A stretch of DNA of 49,134 nucleotides, counting the filler, from Jimgerdemannia flammicorona (lineage: Eukaryota): assembly GCA_003990765.1 (NCBI GenBank). It is 2 parts of 2 records of this genome, joined end to end, with 100 filler letters (N's around TTAATTAATTAA, not from the genome) between each part and the next. Parts side by side here need not be neighbours in the genome. Positions count along the whole stretch, not along the records: positions 1 to 24,518 come from RBNJ01000966.1; 1 more part is not named here. One strand, given 5' to 3'. Of the stretch, positions 1-12,446 are shown piece after piece. Each line of letters begins with the position of its first letter. The stretch's first letter is position 1. A program made the translations under genes and the position numbers. The notes under the pieces are model-generated. The model was not told the origin of the DNA and did not search any database. It saw only the letters and a list, made by a program, of their open reading frames with translations.

Positions 1-10
1 AAAAAAAAAA

Positions 11-309
11 ACTACTTAAGAAAGAAACTGCTAAATTAAGCAGACCATTATGCTGTACAGAAATCTTCTGCCACTCAAGAAGGAAGCTATTCATACATAT
101 ATACAAACTGTCACTTATATCTAAGAATCTGTCCCAATAAGGAAATTGCACAAACCACTTGCAGATATCTAGCTTTGACTAAATACTGACAAGGATATTA
201 GGAATCTTAGAACATTTTTTTGCATTTAAACAAAGTAACTGGGGGCTCAAGCCAAACTACATTAACTCCCAACTTTGGAATTTGCTTCTATTGAGCCAGA
301 CATATTACA
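11..309 (+). repeat. 3' part of the 5' LTR of gypsy element 1
   Basis: Direct repeat of the sequence flanking the Ngaro insertion; ends in CA and is followed by a PBS. Confidence 0.85.
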
Positions 310-311
310 TT

Positions 312-330
312 TGGGGGCTCAACTGGGAAT
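312..330 (+). promoter_or_regulatory. Primer-binding site, tRNA-Pro-like (TGGGGGCTCAACTGGGAAT)
   Basis: TGG starts 3 nt after the LTR end; resembles the canonical tRNA-Pro PBS TGGGGGCTCGTCCGGGAT with CpG transitions. Confidence 0.7.
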
Positions 331-343
331 ATTTCAAATTAAT

Positions 344-2350
344 ATGACTTTTTAGCTCACAAGAACTTACAGTCAAACTGGATATATTTAATATAACACC
401 AATATAGAAGAACTAGTCATCACTAGTATTTAGACAGGAAGAGAAGTAATTACTTTAAGACTTGCCAATTATCCAGCTTCAGAAGGATATCAAAGGAAGC
501 CAGTACAGTACAGAACCCCCTAGCTAATATCAATAGACTTATTACTAGACCAACTAGACTAACCAGACAAACCAGATTATATAGGCAGCTCTGCCAGAGT
601 TTTTGATGAGCTTGTACAATAACTTGAAGATCTCATTGAACAAGCCTGACTTTCTGTAGAGGCCCTACCAATTTCACACATTGAATCTCTACCACTAGTT
701 GTCACAGAATAAGAAGATCAAGGAGTAGCTCCTTTAAGAATAACCTGATCTATTCTACTTTACCCAAGATCTCCAATACCTTCCTCAGGATACCCAAGTA
801 TCCCAAACTCCAGCAATAACTCAGAAAGTATACCAGAATTAGAATCTGAATCAGAGTTAGAATTAGAACCAGAATTAGAATCAGGAGACATTGATGATGA
901 AATGGCAACCCCATTGTCAACCATTGCAGGATACTCTAAAGAAGACCCAAGAGAATTCCTTAATGAAATTGAAGGAATTGCAGTTCTGAAGAATCTTACC
1001 TCTGAAAGGAAAATTGCCATTTATAAGGCCCAACTCAGAGGACCAGTTAAAGGGATTTTCACCTAAGTAAGAAATGATCTAATCTCAGACCTCGGAGCAG
1101 CCATCAATACAGCACCAACTTGGCTAGTAGAATATGAAGCCATTATCTATTGGTTCATTAAAAAGTATGCAGAAAACGAGACCTGCCACAAGGCTCAAGA
1201 ATCTATCATAGGAATGAAGATGAATCTTGGGAAATTGCCTAGAGCATTCTTTACTAGAATTCAGAAGAGAATGTATATAGCTAGGTTCAATGCCACCAAC
1301 CAAGACATCATAGGTCCAATGATTTTCATGAATGGAATTCCCCCAAACATTACCCAATATGTCTATATCTTAGACATCAAGAGGTCTGAGGAACAAGTAG
1401 ATACAGCTTAAGAATTTTTGATATCAGATAAGAAAAACCTAGAGTGATAGTGACCATGATAAAAAGGATGGCAAAAAAGATACCCTGGTCAAAGCCCTAC
1501 AAGGACTTCTTCAAGGACAGGAAATATTCAAAGAAAGGAAACCAACTAAAGAATGGAAGAAGAATAGGAATAAAATCCAGAATCTCAGCTCCAAGTTTGA
1601 TTGATTGATGAGGCAGATTGAAAAACTCACTATATGTGAAAATTGGAGCTATCCACAAGACAATAGAGGGTAGACACCACAAAGGAACTAAGGTTATCCA
1701 TCTAGAGATAATGAGAGCTACTAGTAAGAAGGAAGAAGATGCTCTGTCTGAGATAGAGCCCAAGTCCAATATTTCTACTATAGATAATTTGGACACTATG
1801 CCACTGAATGTAACAATAAAAGAAGTAACTAAAGGGATATAGAACCACCAAACCAATGGAATGAAACCCAGTACAAGAAGACTAAAGCCCATTCTGTTGA
1901 AGACTATAGTGATCTAGACTTGTACCCAGCCAAAGTTATTACTAGAAAGACAGTTTACCTGGCAGAGAAAAGGAAGAGACCTGTAGGAAGACCATCTAGA
2001 AATATCGGCAGAGGAATTTAAGAAGAAGATCAAGAACATAAAGAAGAGTAAGTAGAAATACCTTCTCAGTCTCCCTCACCTTTTGTTTCTAAAACAAACA
2101 AACTATCTCTAGAGGATGATGAAATGGAGTAAGAGCCTACTACCCCAAGCCCAAGAGGAAATATACCCCAAAGACCATGCTCAGAGATATCTACAATGAA
2201 GTCTGACAGAAGATTCAAGAAGCTAAGATGGAAGTTTCTCTTCCGCAGATCCTGCAACTGATACTAGCTAGAGTCTGAAACAGACAATTGAGAATCACTA
2301 GGTCTATCACTGGCCAAATTCCAATCCTACAGTAAGAACTAGCTCCCACT
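344..2350 (+). pseudogene. gag: gag of element 1 (long N-terminal extension, capsid-like region ~900-1410, decayed CCHC knuckle ~1767-1812)
   Basis: AGYSKEDPREFLNEIEG..., QYFYYR*FGHYATEC (= CxxCxxxGHxxxEC after TG>TA changes); many stops. Confidence 0.7.
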
Positions 2351-2379
2351 GCTATTCAAGCTGCAAAGAGATATATATA

Positions 2380-5300
2380 TCAGTACCTATCTATATAGAG
2401 ATATTTGAGGACAAAAGGCAAAAATTCTCATAGATATAAGAGCAGCTATCTGTATCATTACTAAATGATTGCTGGACACCAATCAATGGCCCATTGATGG
2501 ATTATCCAACCTCAGCATCATAATAGCAGATAGAGCCCAAACTCAACCTCTTGAAGATATATGAAATATCACTATCTCTCTGAGCCACATTCAGTTTTCT
2601 ATTTAAAAAACTGTTATCACTGAAGCTATTACCTATGATATGATCCTTGGTACCAACTGGATGAAGGAAATGAATACAGTTATTGATATCAGTCAACAAG
2701 CACTCAAGTTTGACTACTGAGGCAAAAAGTACAGAATTAAGGTAACCAGCTATAAGTAATTGAAGAAGAAGATCACTATTTAGAAGGAATATACCAGTAG
2801 TGAAGAGTCTACTATAGAAGAGGAAGAAGAACTCAAAGATGGAAATAATCCCAGACTCAATCCCCAAATCAACCTAGTAGATGATAGGCCAGAGGACAAT
2901 ATGTGGGCCAGGAATACCATCCCTATCACAATTGGAGCCATTATAGGATATATGTATCAAAGGATGTCCCATCTGTCTCAAAAGATACAAGTGCCCTGAG
3001 CTCCAAAATCATTGAGATAAGGAATTCACCTGATACAGCCTACCCTGAGTACAGAAAAAGGAAGAAAAAATACAGATATGTTCCAGAGACACCTGCAGCT
3101 GAAGCTGCAGAAGTATAAGCAATCTGGGGTTAAGAATTATCTAAGGAAGAAAAAACCCCTGAACAGGAGGTTTCTGAACAAGAAGTATCTGAAGAAGGAG
3201 AGGTCTCTGAACCTATTCCCTGAGATGACCCTCACTGAACACTACTAGAAGATAATGACTCCTGGAATATTGAAGAAGGATCAAGAATAGTTACCATTAT
3301 CCCAAAACAAGAAACACACCAGAAAAAAGCCTTCAGGCTAGGAAGATACCAGCACCAAATGGTCTTTCACTCTCTCTAAGACAACTACTATCAGTGCTAT
3401 CTCCTGGATCAACAGAAAAAACAGAAGCCCCACAGACCAGAACTCCCAACTATAATCATACATTAATTATCTTTTAAGAAATAACCACAGTATTGCAAAG
3501 TCAAGCTAGGGGACAGGACCTCTTCATCTATATAGAAGTATACCCCCATCCACTCTTCCCCCAGTCTATGACTAAGATAGATACCAATTTTCAAAGCAAT
3601 AAGAAATCAACAGATGAGAGCAGTATTTCAGAACAATGGAATACTGCAATCATGGAAGACACCCTGACTGCTGAGACTGCAGACACTAGAAGATTTATCT
3701 CAGCTAAGATGTTGTGGTCCATATACTAAAGAGAGGAGACAATAGAACTCAGATCTGAAAAAGCCAAGTAAAGAAACCTGGAAGCAAGATCCTCAAGATC
3801 TATAGTTTGGAAGAAGACATTCTTACCCTCATCAGACATACAACTCACCAAGAATGGGTAGAAGATGCTACCAATTTTATAGAAGCCCTTGACCATACAG
3901 AAAAAAGAGAAATTAATTATCTCTGAGATCCCTCTACTGAAGCCAGATGGCTATATCTCAACCTCAGAGCTTGGAGACTTCCTGCCAGTAGAGCTTTAGC
4001 TCAAAGATAGCCTAAACTCAATAAGGTATATTCTGCCACATTCAAAGCCCAAACCTCTGACCAAAGCTCATCACAAAGATGTCGGGTATGACCTCTACAG
4101 TCTGGAGAATAAACCCATCAAGCCTGGAAGAACATTGGTGTTCAGAACTGAACTAGCCATACAGCCACCCAAAGGAACTTACATCCAACTAACCTCAAGG
4201 TCTGGACTTACCAGACAAGGAGTAACTATAGAAGGAGGAACTATAGATCCAGAATATACAGACAAAATCAAGATCATCCTATAATAGTGATACAGAATAG
4301 CACCAAATTCTTAGAGGACAGAAGATTGCTCAAGCAGTCTATATGGAAGTCTAGACACCACAATATAAAGAGTCTCCAACTAAAGGAACAAGACAAACTA
4401 AAGGATTTTGAAGCTCAGATAAGAAGGAAGTACATCTTCTTCAGATCAACCACTTTGAGAAAGATATCCCTCAGCAAGTATACTGCCAGCCAATCAGACT
4501 ATACAAGAACCTCATCTTGGAATGAAGAGAGCAAACCACCTTCGAAATCTTTGCCCCATCTGATCCAAGAAACCTTTTCTTTGAACCTAATGAAGATATC
4601 AATTATCTGAACATTGAGGAATATATATTCTCTGACAAAATGAACTCTGTACACTCTTGAGCAATCAATCAGAGCTGGGAAAGCATCATCTTGCCAAGAG
4701 GAATCATCATAGGATACTGGTGCCTTTTCTCAACTGAACTCACAGAGAAGTTTATAAACTAAACTTTTTGGGAAATGGCAAAATGTCTCAGAAGAAAGGA
4801 AAGGCCCCTCTGCGACCCAGGAGACAGTGAAGCCTTCCACCAACATTGGAGAAGAATTGACAACTCAACAATAGCAATAACTAATAGAACTTCTTCATAA
4901 GTATCAAGATATCTTTACCACCGACTATAACAACCTGCCATATAATCTATCATATTACTACAGTATAAATATAGGAAATGTAACACCCATCTAGCAGAAA
5001 CTCTATAAAATACCCCATCATCTAAAGATATTTGAAAAGGAGCACATTAAAGAACTCTTAGACAATAGAGTCATCTGACTCTCCATCAGCCCTTGGGCCA
5101 GCCCTATACTTATTATACCAAAGAAAGGAGGATGGAGACTCTGCATAGACTATTAGAAACTCAATTCAGTCACCAAAAAGGTTACCTATCCTTTACCCAG
5201 GATCATTGATCTCTTAGACCAATTACAAGATACCAGATACTTCAGCAGTATGGATCTTTTCACACAATTCCACAAGATCTCTATGAACCCTGAGAACATT

Positions 5301-7309
5301 CAGAAAACAGCCTACCTTACCCTAGGAAAACTGTTTGTGTACCTCTGAATGTCCTTTAGACTTTGTAATGCATCTCCTACCTTCTAGAGAATGATGAATT
5401 CAGTCTATGGCCCACTGATCTACTACTGTCTGATTGTATATATAGATGATTTAAATGTCTATTCAACAAATTTTGAGGACCACCTACACCACCTAGAAGA
5501 GTTATTCAAGCTCACCCATAAGAATCACCTGAGACTCAATGCCAAGGAGTATTACTTTGGAAAACAGAATCTTGAATTCCTTAGATATATAGTTTCAAAA
5601 GAAAGAACTCATATAGACCCAAAGAAAACTGAGAAGATCAACATTGGCCAGTACCCAAGACCCTGAAGGAAACATTATCATTCTTGATACTAATATCCTA
5701 TTACAGAAGGTTTATTAAGAACGTTGCCCAAATTACTGCTCCAATCTGAATCCTTCTCAAGAAAGAAGTATCTTATAAATAGACAAAATCACAAGAGGAA
5801 GTCTTTAAGGAACTCAAGCACTGCATGACCACAATACCAATCCTTGTATATCCCAATTTACAGAAGCCATTCATCTTGTATACAGATGCTTCCAAAGATG
5901 GTCTTGGAGCAGTTCTAGTCTAGAAAGGATCTGAACAACAATATTATGTAATAGCTTATATAAGCCAAGCTATCAATCAGCAACAAACCAACTATGGTAG
6001 CACCAAACTGGAATACCTTGCAGTTGTATAGATAGTCACTCTGTTCAAACATTATCTTATTAGAAAAAGGTTCACCCTAATAACTGATCATATGGCCCTC
6101 AAATAGTTATTCAACTATAAGAAACTCACTGAAATCCTGGCCCACTAGATCCTTATCCTTCAAGATTACAAAATCACCATTACTTACAAAGCAGAGAAAG
6201 CTTACAACAATATTGATGTACCTTCCCATCAATCCCAATGAATCAGAAGAAGGGTGTACTGAGGAACTACACCCTAAAGAAAGCTTCTCTGAACATCAAA
6301 GCACAAGAAGATCTCATTCAAAAAGAATACCAGAAAGCCCACCAAGGAGAGGTGAATATAGAAGAAAGTTGCAAGCAATATATCAACATTGGCCCAACCT
6401 CAGAGCACAAGTCTGAGACATATTTAAGAAATGTGACATCTGCCAGAAGTACTAATGAATAAAGAACCATCAAGTACCACTACAACCAATTATATTGCCA
6501 GATAATATCTTTTAGAGATGGAGAGTAGATGTAATTAGATCTCTACCAGTTATACCAAGAAGGAATAAGTATATCCTTATATTTTTAGAACATCTGACCA
6601 AGTGGTCTGAAGCTTTTCCAATAAAAATCATAGATGCCCTGTTCATTGTAGGCCTCCTCCTTAGACTCATACTCAGATATGGACCCCCAGAAGAACTCAT
6701 CTCTGTTTGAGATACAGAATTCATCAATAACATAATTTATACTCAAATTCACAAGATCCATCTCAAATAAACCACATCATACTACCCTCAGACCAATGGT
6801 ATGACAGAATGAATGAACCAGACCATCAAGAAAGAACTTGCCCAACTCAATCCTACCAACTGAGACCTCTGCTTATCTGAGAACCTATGGGAAATTCGAA
6901 ATATCTCTGCTGCCTCCACCAAACAAAAACCATTCAAAATAATATTTGCCAAGAGAACCAGACCTGCTGACCATGAGAACTTCAGAGACCTCCTCAAGAA
7001 GGCAGAACAGTTATATAATCAAGCACAAGTTCAGATTATCAAAGCCCAAGAGAGACAAAGAAAGTACTATAATTAGAAGCAGAAGGATCAGAAGATCAAG
7101 ATTAGAGATCAAGTACTAGTTTGGAGAAGTATGATTGAAATAAACTTTGCTGCCAAACTGGAGCCCAAATGGAAGGACCTTATCTTGTACATAATATCAG
7201 AGAAACTGACATCTATTTAAGGAGTATAGATGGATGAACCCTGAGGATACTAGTATATATCAACTACCTCAAGATATATCTCTCTCCACACAATGAATCA
7301 GAGGATTGA
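2380..7309 (+). pseudogene. pol: pol of element 1: protease ~2400-2750, dUTPase ~4040-4410, RT ~4980-5640 (YIDD), RNase H ~5860-6220, integrase ~6300-7290
   Basis: ILIDIRAAICII; DVGYDL..RSGL..IEGGTIDPEYT; PWASP..LCIDY*KLN; VYIDDL; LYTDAS; YYPQTNGMTE*MN. Confidence 0.9.
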
Positions 7310-7804
7310 CCAGTACCTCCAGACCCTCATCCTTAGTTCATTCAAGTCACTTCCAATTCCTCTACCTTAATTTCATCTAGTCTATAGAAACTCCCTTCAG
7401 CAAATTTAGATTTATCAAGACAATCTCACCTTGGCCAGACATCTTCTACAAGTCTACCAACTACAGGTCTACTATACAATTGGTGACAGTTGTAGAACCT
7501 TCTAGCTTCAGAACAGACCTATATCAGAAATACCATAGGTCTGACATAAAGGCATATCACTACTGCTGACAGACTATATACTATCTACAAATGAAATATC
7601 ACAGCATTAGTACAGGTACAGTTCTTCCTACATAATGTACAAGGAAAGAACCGAGCCACCTACTTGAGCATCATCAATCATGTTGAAATCTTATATCCAG
7701 TGGAAGAAGAAAAACCCATAAAGTGGAGTGATCCAGATGCCAATAAAGATGATAGTTCAGGTATTGATGCTGAAGATGCTTATGTACATTGGAATGATGA
7801 CTAA
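7293..7804 (+). pseudogene. Accessory ORF2 downstream of integrase (unknown function)
   Basis: ATG overlaps the pol end in the +1 frame; MNQRIDQYLQ..QLQVYYTIG..HITTADRLY..ALVQV; similar to 43274-43735 and 48797-47701. Confidence 0.65.
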
Positions 7805-7834
7805 AGAATAGTCTGAGAACAGTCCATTCTTTAG

Positions 7835-8898
7835 TAATAAGTAGCAGAAATTATAAAAAAATATTATAAATAACTATATAGTTATAAGTATACAAAAAGA
7901 CAGTCTTACATGTCTGGGACATCTAGGACTGCTTTGTCATGACAACTTATATAATTTGCCAGATATATCAGAAATAGTATATATATCTGTACAGGACCTG
8001 AACACTTGTATAGAACCTGAACACTTGCACAGGACATGAACACTTATATTGAACCAGAAACACCTGCCATAAATAATCTTCTATAATTAGCTATGTAGTA
8101 ATCAGGTAGTAACCACAACTGTATAAAATACCCCAGAGACAAGAGTGAATAAACCTCAGTCCAAAAATCAAAAGCAAAAGCCAATTGTCTGGTATACTTA
8201 GGAGGAGAAACCTGCCAACAAGCCACTGCCAAGAAGTTGTGAGCTATTTTCCACTCTGGTCCACTTTCCGATACGAAGCCTGAGTTTGCTGCCAAAGTTC
8301 GAGTGAAGAACTTTGCCGCCATTTGAGTAATCTGCTGCTTAAGGAATAAGCTGCCGATTTCAAGAGAAGTCCGTTTTTGGTTCACTTGCCAGATAAGCCT
8401 GAAGAATCCAAGTTATCCGCCATTTCCAGAAAGCCCGCCATTCTTGCCACAAGCTAGTCTATCTGATGCAACTTCGCAGTAGAGCCAGTGTATGACATAA
8501 CCCCATGCAAACGAAGCCAGTCTTTGACATAACTTGCCAAGAATCTGCGTTATCCGAATTATCCGTGCCGTTCGAGTTATTATTCAAGAAGCCCACCGAT
8601 TCAGGAGAATTCGCGCCAAAACCGAGTTATCTGAATTGACTGCCGAATCTGCATAAGGAATATTGCCAAGATTGTCACACCAAGATCGCTATGCCAGAAA
8701 TCACATACTTTTGGAGATCATTACACTACACAGAGTTCGTCGCGCTACACAAAGATCATCATGCAGAAATCACATAAGGAACCCGTCGTGCTACACAGAG
8801 ATCGGCTGCCACTCAAGAAGAAAACTGCTAAATTAAGCAGACTGTTGCGCTATATAGAAATCATCCACCACCCAAGAAGGAAGCTGTTCGTGTCACAC
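7835..8898 (+). repeat. 3' LTR of element 1, left part (start approximate)
   Basis: Contains a 19-bp tandem repeat (7990-8065) and a TATAAA..AATAAA cassette (8122-8153) also found in the LTR at 14889-15985; its right end matches 11-80. Confidence 0.75.
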
Positions 8899-9153
8899 AA
8901 TGAGTGGGCTCACTCAAGACTATAGGTCAATGAATGCAGGAAGGTCTTGGGCATATAGTGCCCAAAATGTTTCAACGCCATTGTTTGTCTAAGGTGTTTC
9001 TAAATCAGGTGTAGTCTTTCCTTTTTTGGTACTAGCATGGTAGGTGCATTACTTCTATATGTAATTCTACCATTCACCCAACATTACTTTGTATGCGCTT
9101 TACACTTACGCTTTTGCGCTTCCGTACATTCGTATGCATTTCATTACATTATC

Positions 9154-10568
9154 ATGGTTCTCTCCACAAATTTCTGCCTTTTGAGTCAATACAACCCTTC
9201 CCATATGTCGAAGGGCCAACATGACCTGGGCTCCGCCACCTGCCCTTTCCGCTTGGACATTAATTTCATCGAGCATGTGCTCCATTTTCTGCAAGACGAC
9301 CTGGAATCTGATAGCGAGAACCCTGATGTTGCTATCCTCGTGGATTATCTCGCCACCCTCCCTGATCACTCTACTTCCGCACCCCACCAAATCATGTGTC
9401 TATCAGTGCATGCTGCATCCAAGGCTCCCGCTAGCACTACGGCGGCCGGACCAGCTTTTTTCAGCACACCAGCCTCTGATGTTTCCATCAAAGCCAGTGT
9501 TGCTCAGCTCCAAGAGCATGCATCTGCGCAAGACTGTTGGTTCGATGAACTTTTTCAGCTCTTACGCTCTCGCCCTGACATCGTATCTTTGGCGGCACTG
9601 GCTAGTGCAGTTCCTGCCATTTCTGGTCAGGACGCATCTCCCATCATCGATCAAGCCTTTATCGATCGCACTACTGCCTCTCTTTCGGTGGTTCTCGCAT
9701 CCCCATCCTCATCCCAGCCCTTACTGACTATCTCTTTGGTTCGGTCCACTGGCATTCACAGCCCTGCCAGTAATCCCCAGGGTGAGTCTATCCCTATACC
9801 TCCTTCTGTCGTCTCTGCCCATACCGTTGTCCGAGGCATCAATCTCTCTTTAAAATATGCCTATATTAATCAATGGCTGTTGGCCACAGTCATTGACAAT
9901 TCATTTACCACCGTGTCGCTCGGCCATTTCTTGGAGCGAAACGTCATTTCTATTGGTGGTCTTCCTGACGCTCAATTCATTGAAATGTTTGACGAATCAG
10001 GTGCCCAGATATTCTTTGAAAGCCGCCATCCCTTATCAAAGATCTTCTGGACGTCCCTGCTTTCCTTGCTGCCCTGCTTACGTATTTCAGCATTCTTCAT
10101 GACACGTACCCGGGCCTCACCGATCCTACTCCATTCTTTTCATATGCCACAGATTTTATTTTACTATCAACGTCGTCATATTGGTCCATGCTTCTCGATT
10201 ATCATGTCTCCTTTCACACAAAACGACTGGTGGAGATCACAAACGATGGTGTTTCTTTAGTATTGGGCAAGCACTGGGCCTGGTGCGACCCCGACCTCTT
10301 TATGATCCTTAGTCTACATCAATGTCCGCGAACTCCGACCTCTACATCTAATCCGCTTAAGTCCTTTAAGTCTCGCAATGTACAATGGGGGCTACGTCTT
10401 ACTGATGGCTCCTCCGCTCCATCTACCAAGAAAGCCTCTCAACGGTCTACTTGTTGGGCATACAATGGCATTCTATTCGATGGATCACCCATGAAGGATC
10501 CTGGGTGCAATAGAAAAGGGTGCCCTTATGAACATTTCTGTTCTCGCTGCAATGGTGATCATCCGTAG
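9154..10568 (+). pseudogene. Ngaro ORF1 (gag-like) with C-terminal Cys/His zinc finger; frameshift near 10050-10190
   Basis: ORFs 9037-10260 and 10188-10568; CWAYN..CNRKGCPYEHFCSRCNGDHP. Confidence 0.75.
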
Positions 10569-10599
10569 TATCGATGCTCCCACAATCCATCGTCTCGCC

Positions 10600-12446
10600 C
10601 CTAGGAACTCGCCCCCGTTTATTCTTTACACATACCTCCAGCTGCTCCAAATACCCTACTCCGTCGCCCATTTACCGCCCCTCTCAACGAAGCTGCTCAA
10701 GACATTCTACATCGTTTTCCTCTTCCTTCTTCTGCTCTTCACCCTGTCGCATGGGTATGTGAGCTCGAGTTGTATCCTGCCCTGTGGGTAGCTCAGGCTG
10801 CTATTGCCGCTATTACTCAAGGCGCTCTTCTCGGCTTTGATGGGCCTTGTCAGCACCTGCTGTCCTATAATCATCGCTCCACTCTCGACCACCCAGAAGC
10901 GATCACGTCTGACATTGAGCGGGAAGTCGCCGCTGGTAGAATTTGTGGTCCATTCTCATCCTCTCTGTTTGAATGCTTTCACTCATCTCCTCTTGGCGCC
11001 GTCACAAAGAAGAATTCTAATAGTACATGGCGTCATATTCATGACCTTTCTTGGCTCTGTCATGGCGATTCGGTGAATACTGGCATAGATACCGATGCCT
11101 TCCGGCTCTCTTACATTAAGTTCGACGAGGCTTTGGACTTGGTTCATCATTTTGGCCAGGGATGTCTTCTATCGAAGGTCGACCTCGCCAATGCATATCA
11201 TCATATTCTAATCCATCCTACGGATTGGGAGTTGCTGGGTTTCGAGTGGTCGGGGCAGTTTTATTTCGATCGGTTCGCTCCTTTTGGCACATCCTCGTCA
11301 CCATTTCTTTTCAACCTTTTCGCGGAACTTCTCACATGGATCGCCCACCATCACGACATATGCGCGCTCATCCACTACATTGACGATTTTCTCCTCGTTT
11401 CGCCGCCGCTCTGGCCGTTTGCCCTCTCCAACCTATGTTTACTTCTTGCCATCTGTCATCATCTCAGCTGGTCGATTCAAGAGCACAAGGTCAAAGGCCC
11501 GACAATGTCACTCATCTTTCTGGACATCGAATTGGATACAATGGCTATGGAAGCCTGCCTGCCTCTCGGCAAGGTTGATATGTTGCTCGCCACCCTTCAG
11601 CAGTGGCTATCGCACACACTATGTACACGCCCTCAACTGCAGTCTCTTATTGGTTCCTTGGCATTTGCCTGTAAAATCATTCTGCCGGGCCGCCCATTCC
11701 TGCGGCAGTTTATCGACCTTCTTTCCAGCAATACCTCATTCCATATCTCACTGAATGAGGAATTCTACACCGACATTCATTGGTGGCTCGAATTCCTACC
11801 CCACTGGAATGGTATTTCCATTATATATCTGGTAGCATGGTTCTACAAGCCTGATGCACAATTATGGATGGACGCCAGTAGAATCTAAGGCTTTGGTGCA
11901 CATTTCAATAGCGAATGGTTTTCCACTCCCTGGCCTCCTGATATAGCCTCGCGCGACATTCAGTTCAAGGAACTTTATGCCATGGTCGCTGCTGCTGCTA
12001 CCTGGGGCACTCAATGGCATTTTCACCGTATATTGCTTTATTCTGATAATCAGGCAGTCATTGCTATTATCAACTCGGGCTCTTCACGCAACCCTCTTCT
12101 GCTGGAACTTCTCCACTAGCTCTATTTTCAAATGGCGCATCACGCTTTTCAACTTCGCACCATATTCATCTCGACGTCCGATAATGGCATTGCTGATGCT
12201 TTATCCCATGCTGATCTTCCTCGTTTCTGTCATCTTGCCCCTTATGCTCAGATGCTCCTGAGCGCAATTGGTATCATTTGCATTCCGTGCTTCCACCCAT
12301 CGTTGCCTTCTTTTTGTGGTTCAGACTGGCAAAATCAATGCGCTGCTCATACTCTTTGGGACAATGCAGCTTCCTCTAATTCTGCAATCTCCATGGCAGT
12401 AATCATGCCTCTGGCGGGCCTTTGCCCACATCTGAACTGGTGCTAA
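10600..12446 (+). pseudogene. Ngaro RT/RNase H (start approximate; stop at 11886-11888 and another near 12117)
   Basis: SSPLGAVTKK, KVDLANAY, PFG..SSP, HYIDDF, WMDAS, IQFKEL, SDNQAV, ADALS. Confidence 0.9.

Noticed and set aside
1..11. Terminal poly-A (and poly-T at 49125-49134) as retro-tails
   Set aside because: They lie at the window ends within LTR-element sequence; more likely contig breaks at homopolymers
380..7300. Alternative genetic code explaining frequent in-frame stops in TE ORFs
   Set aside because: TAA, TAG and TGA all occur at Gln/Trp/Arg positions alongside frameshifts, which fits C>T decay
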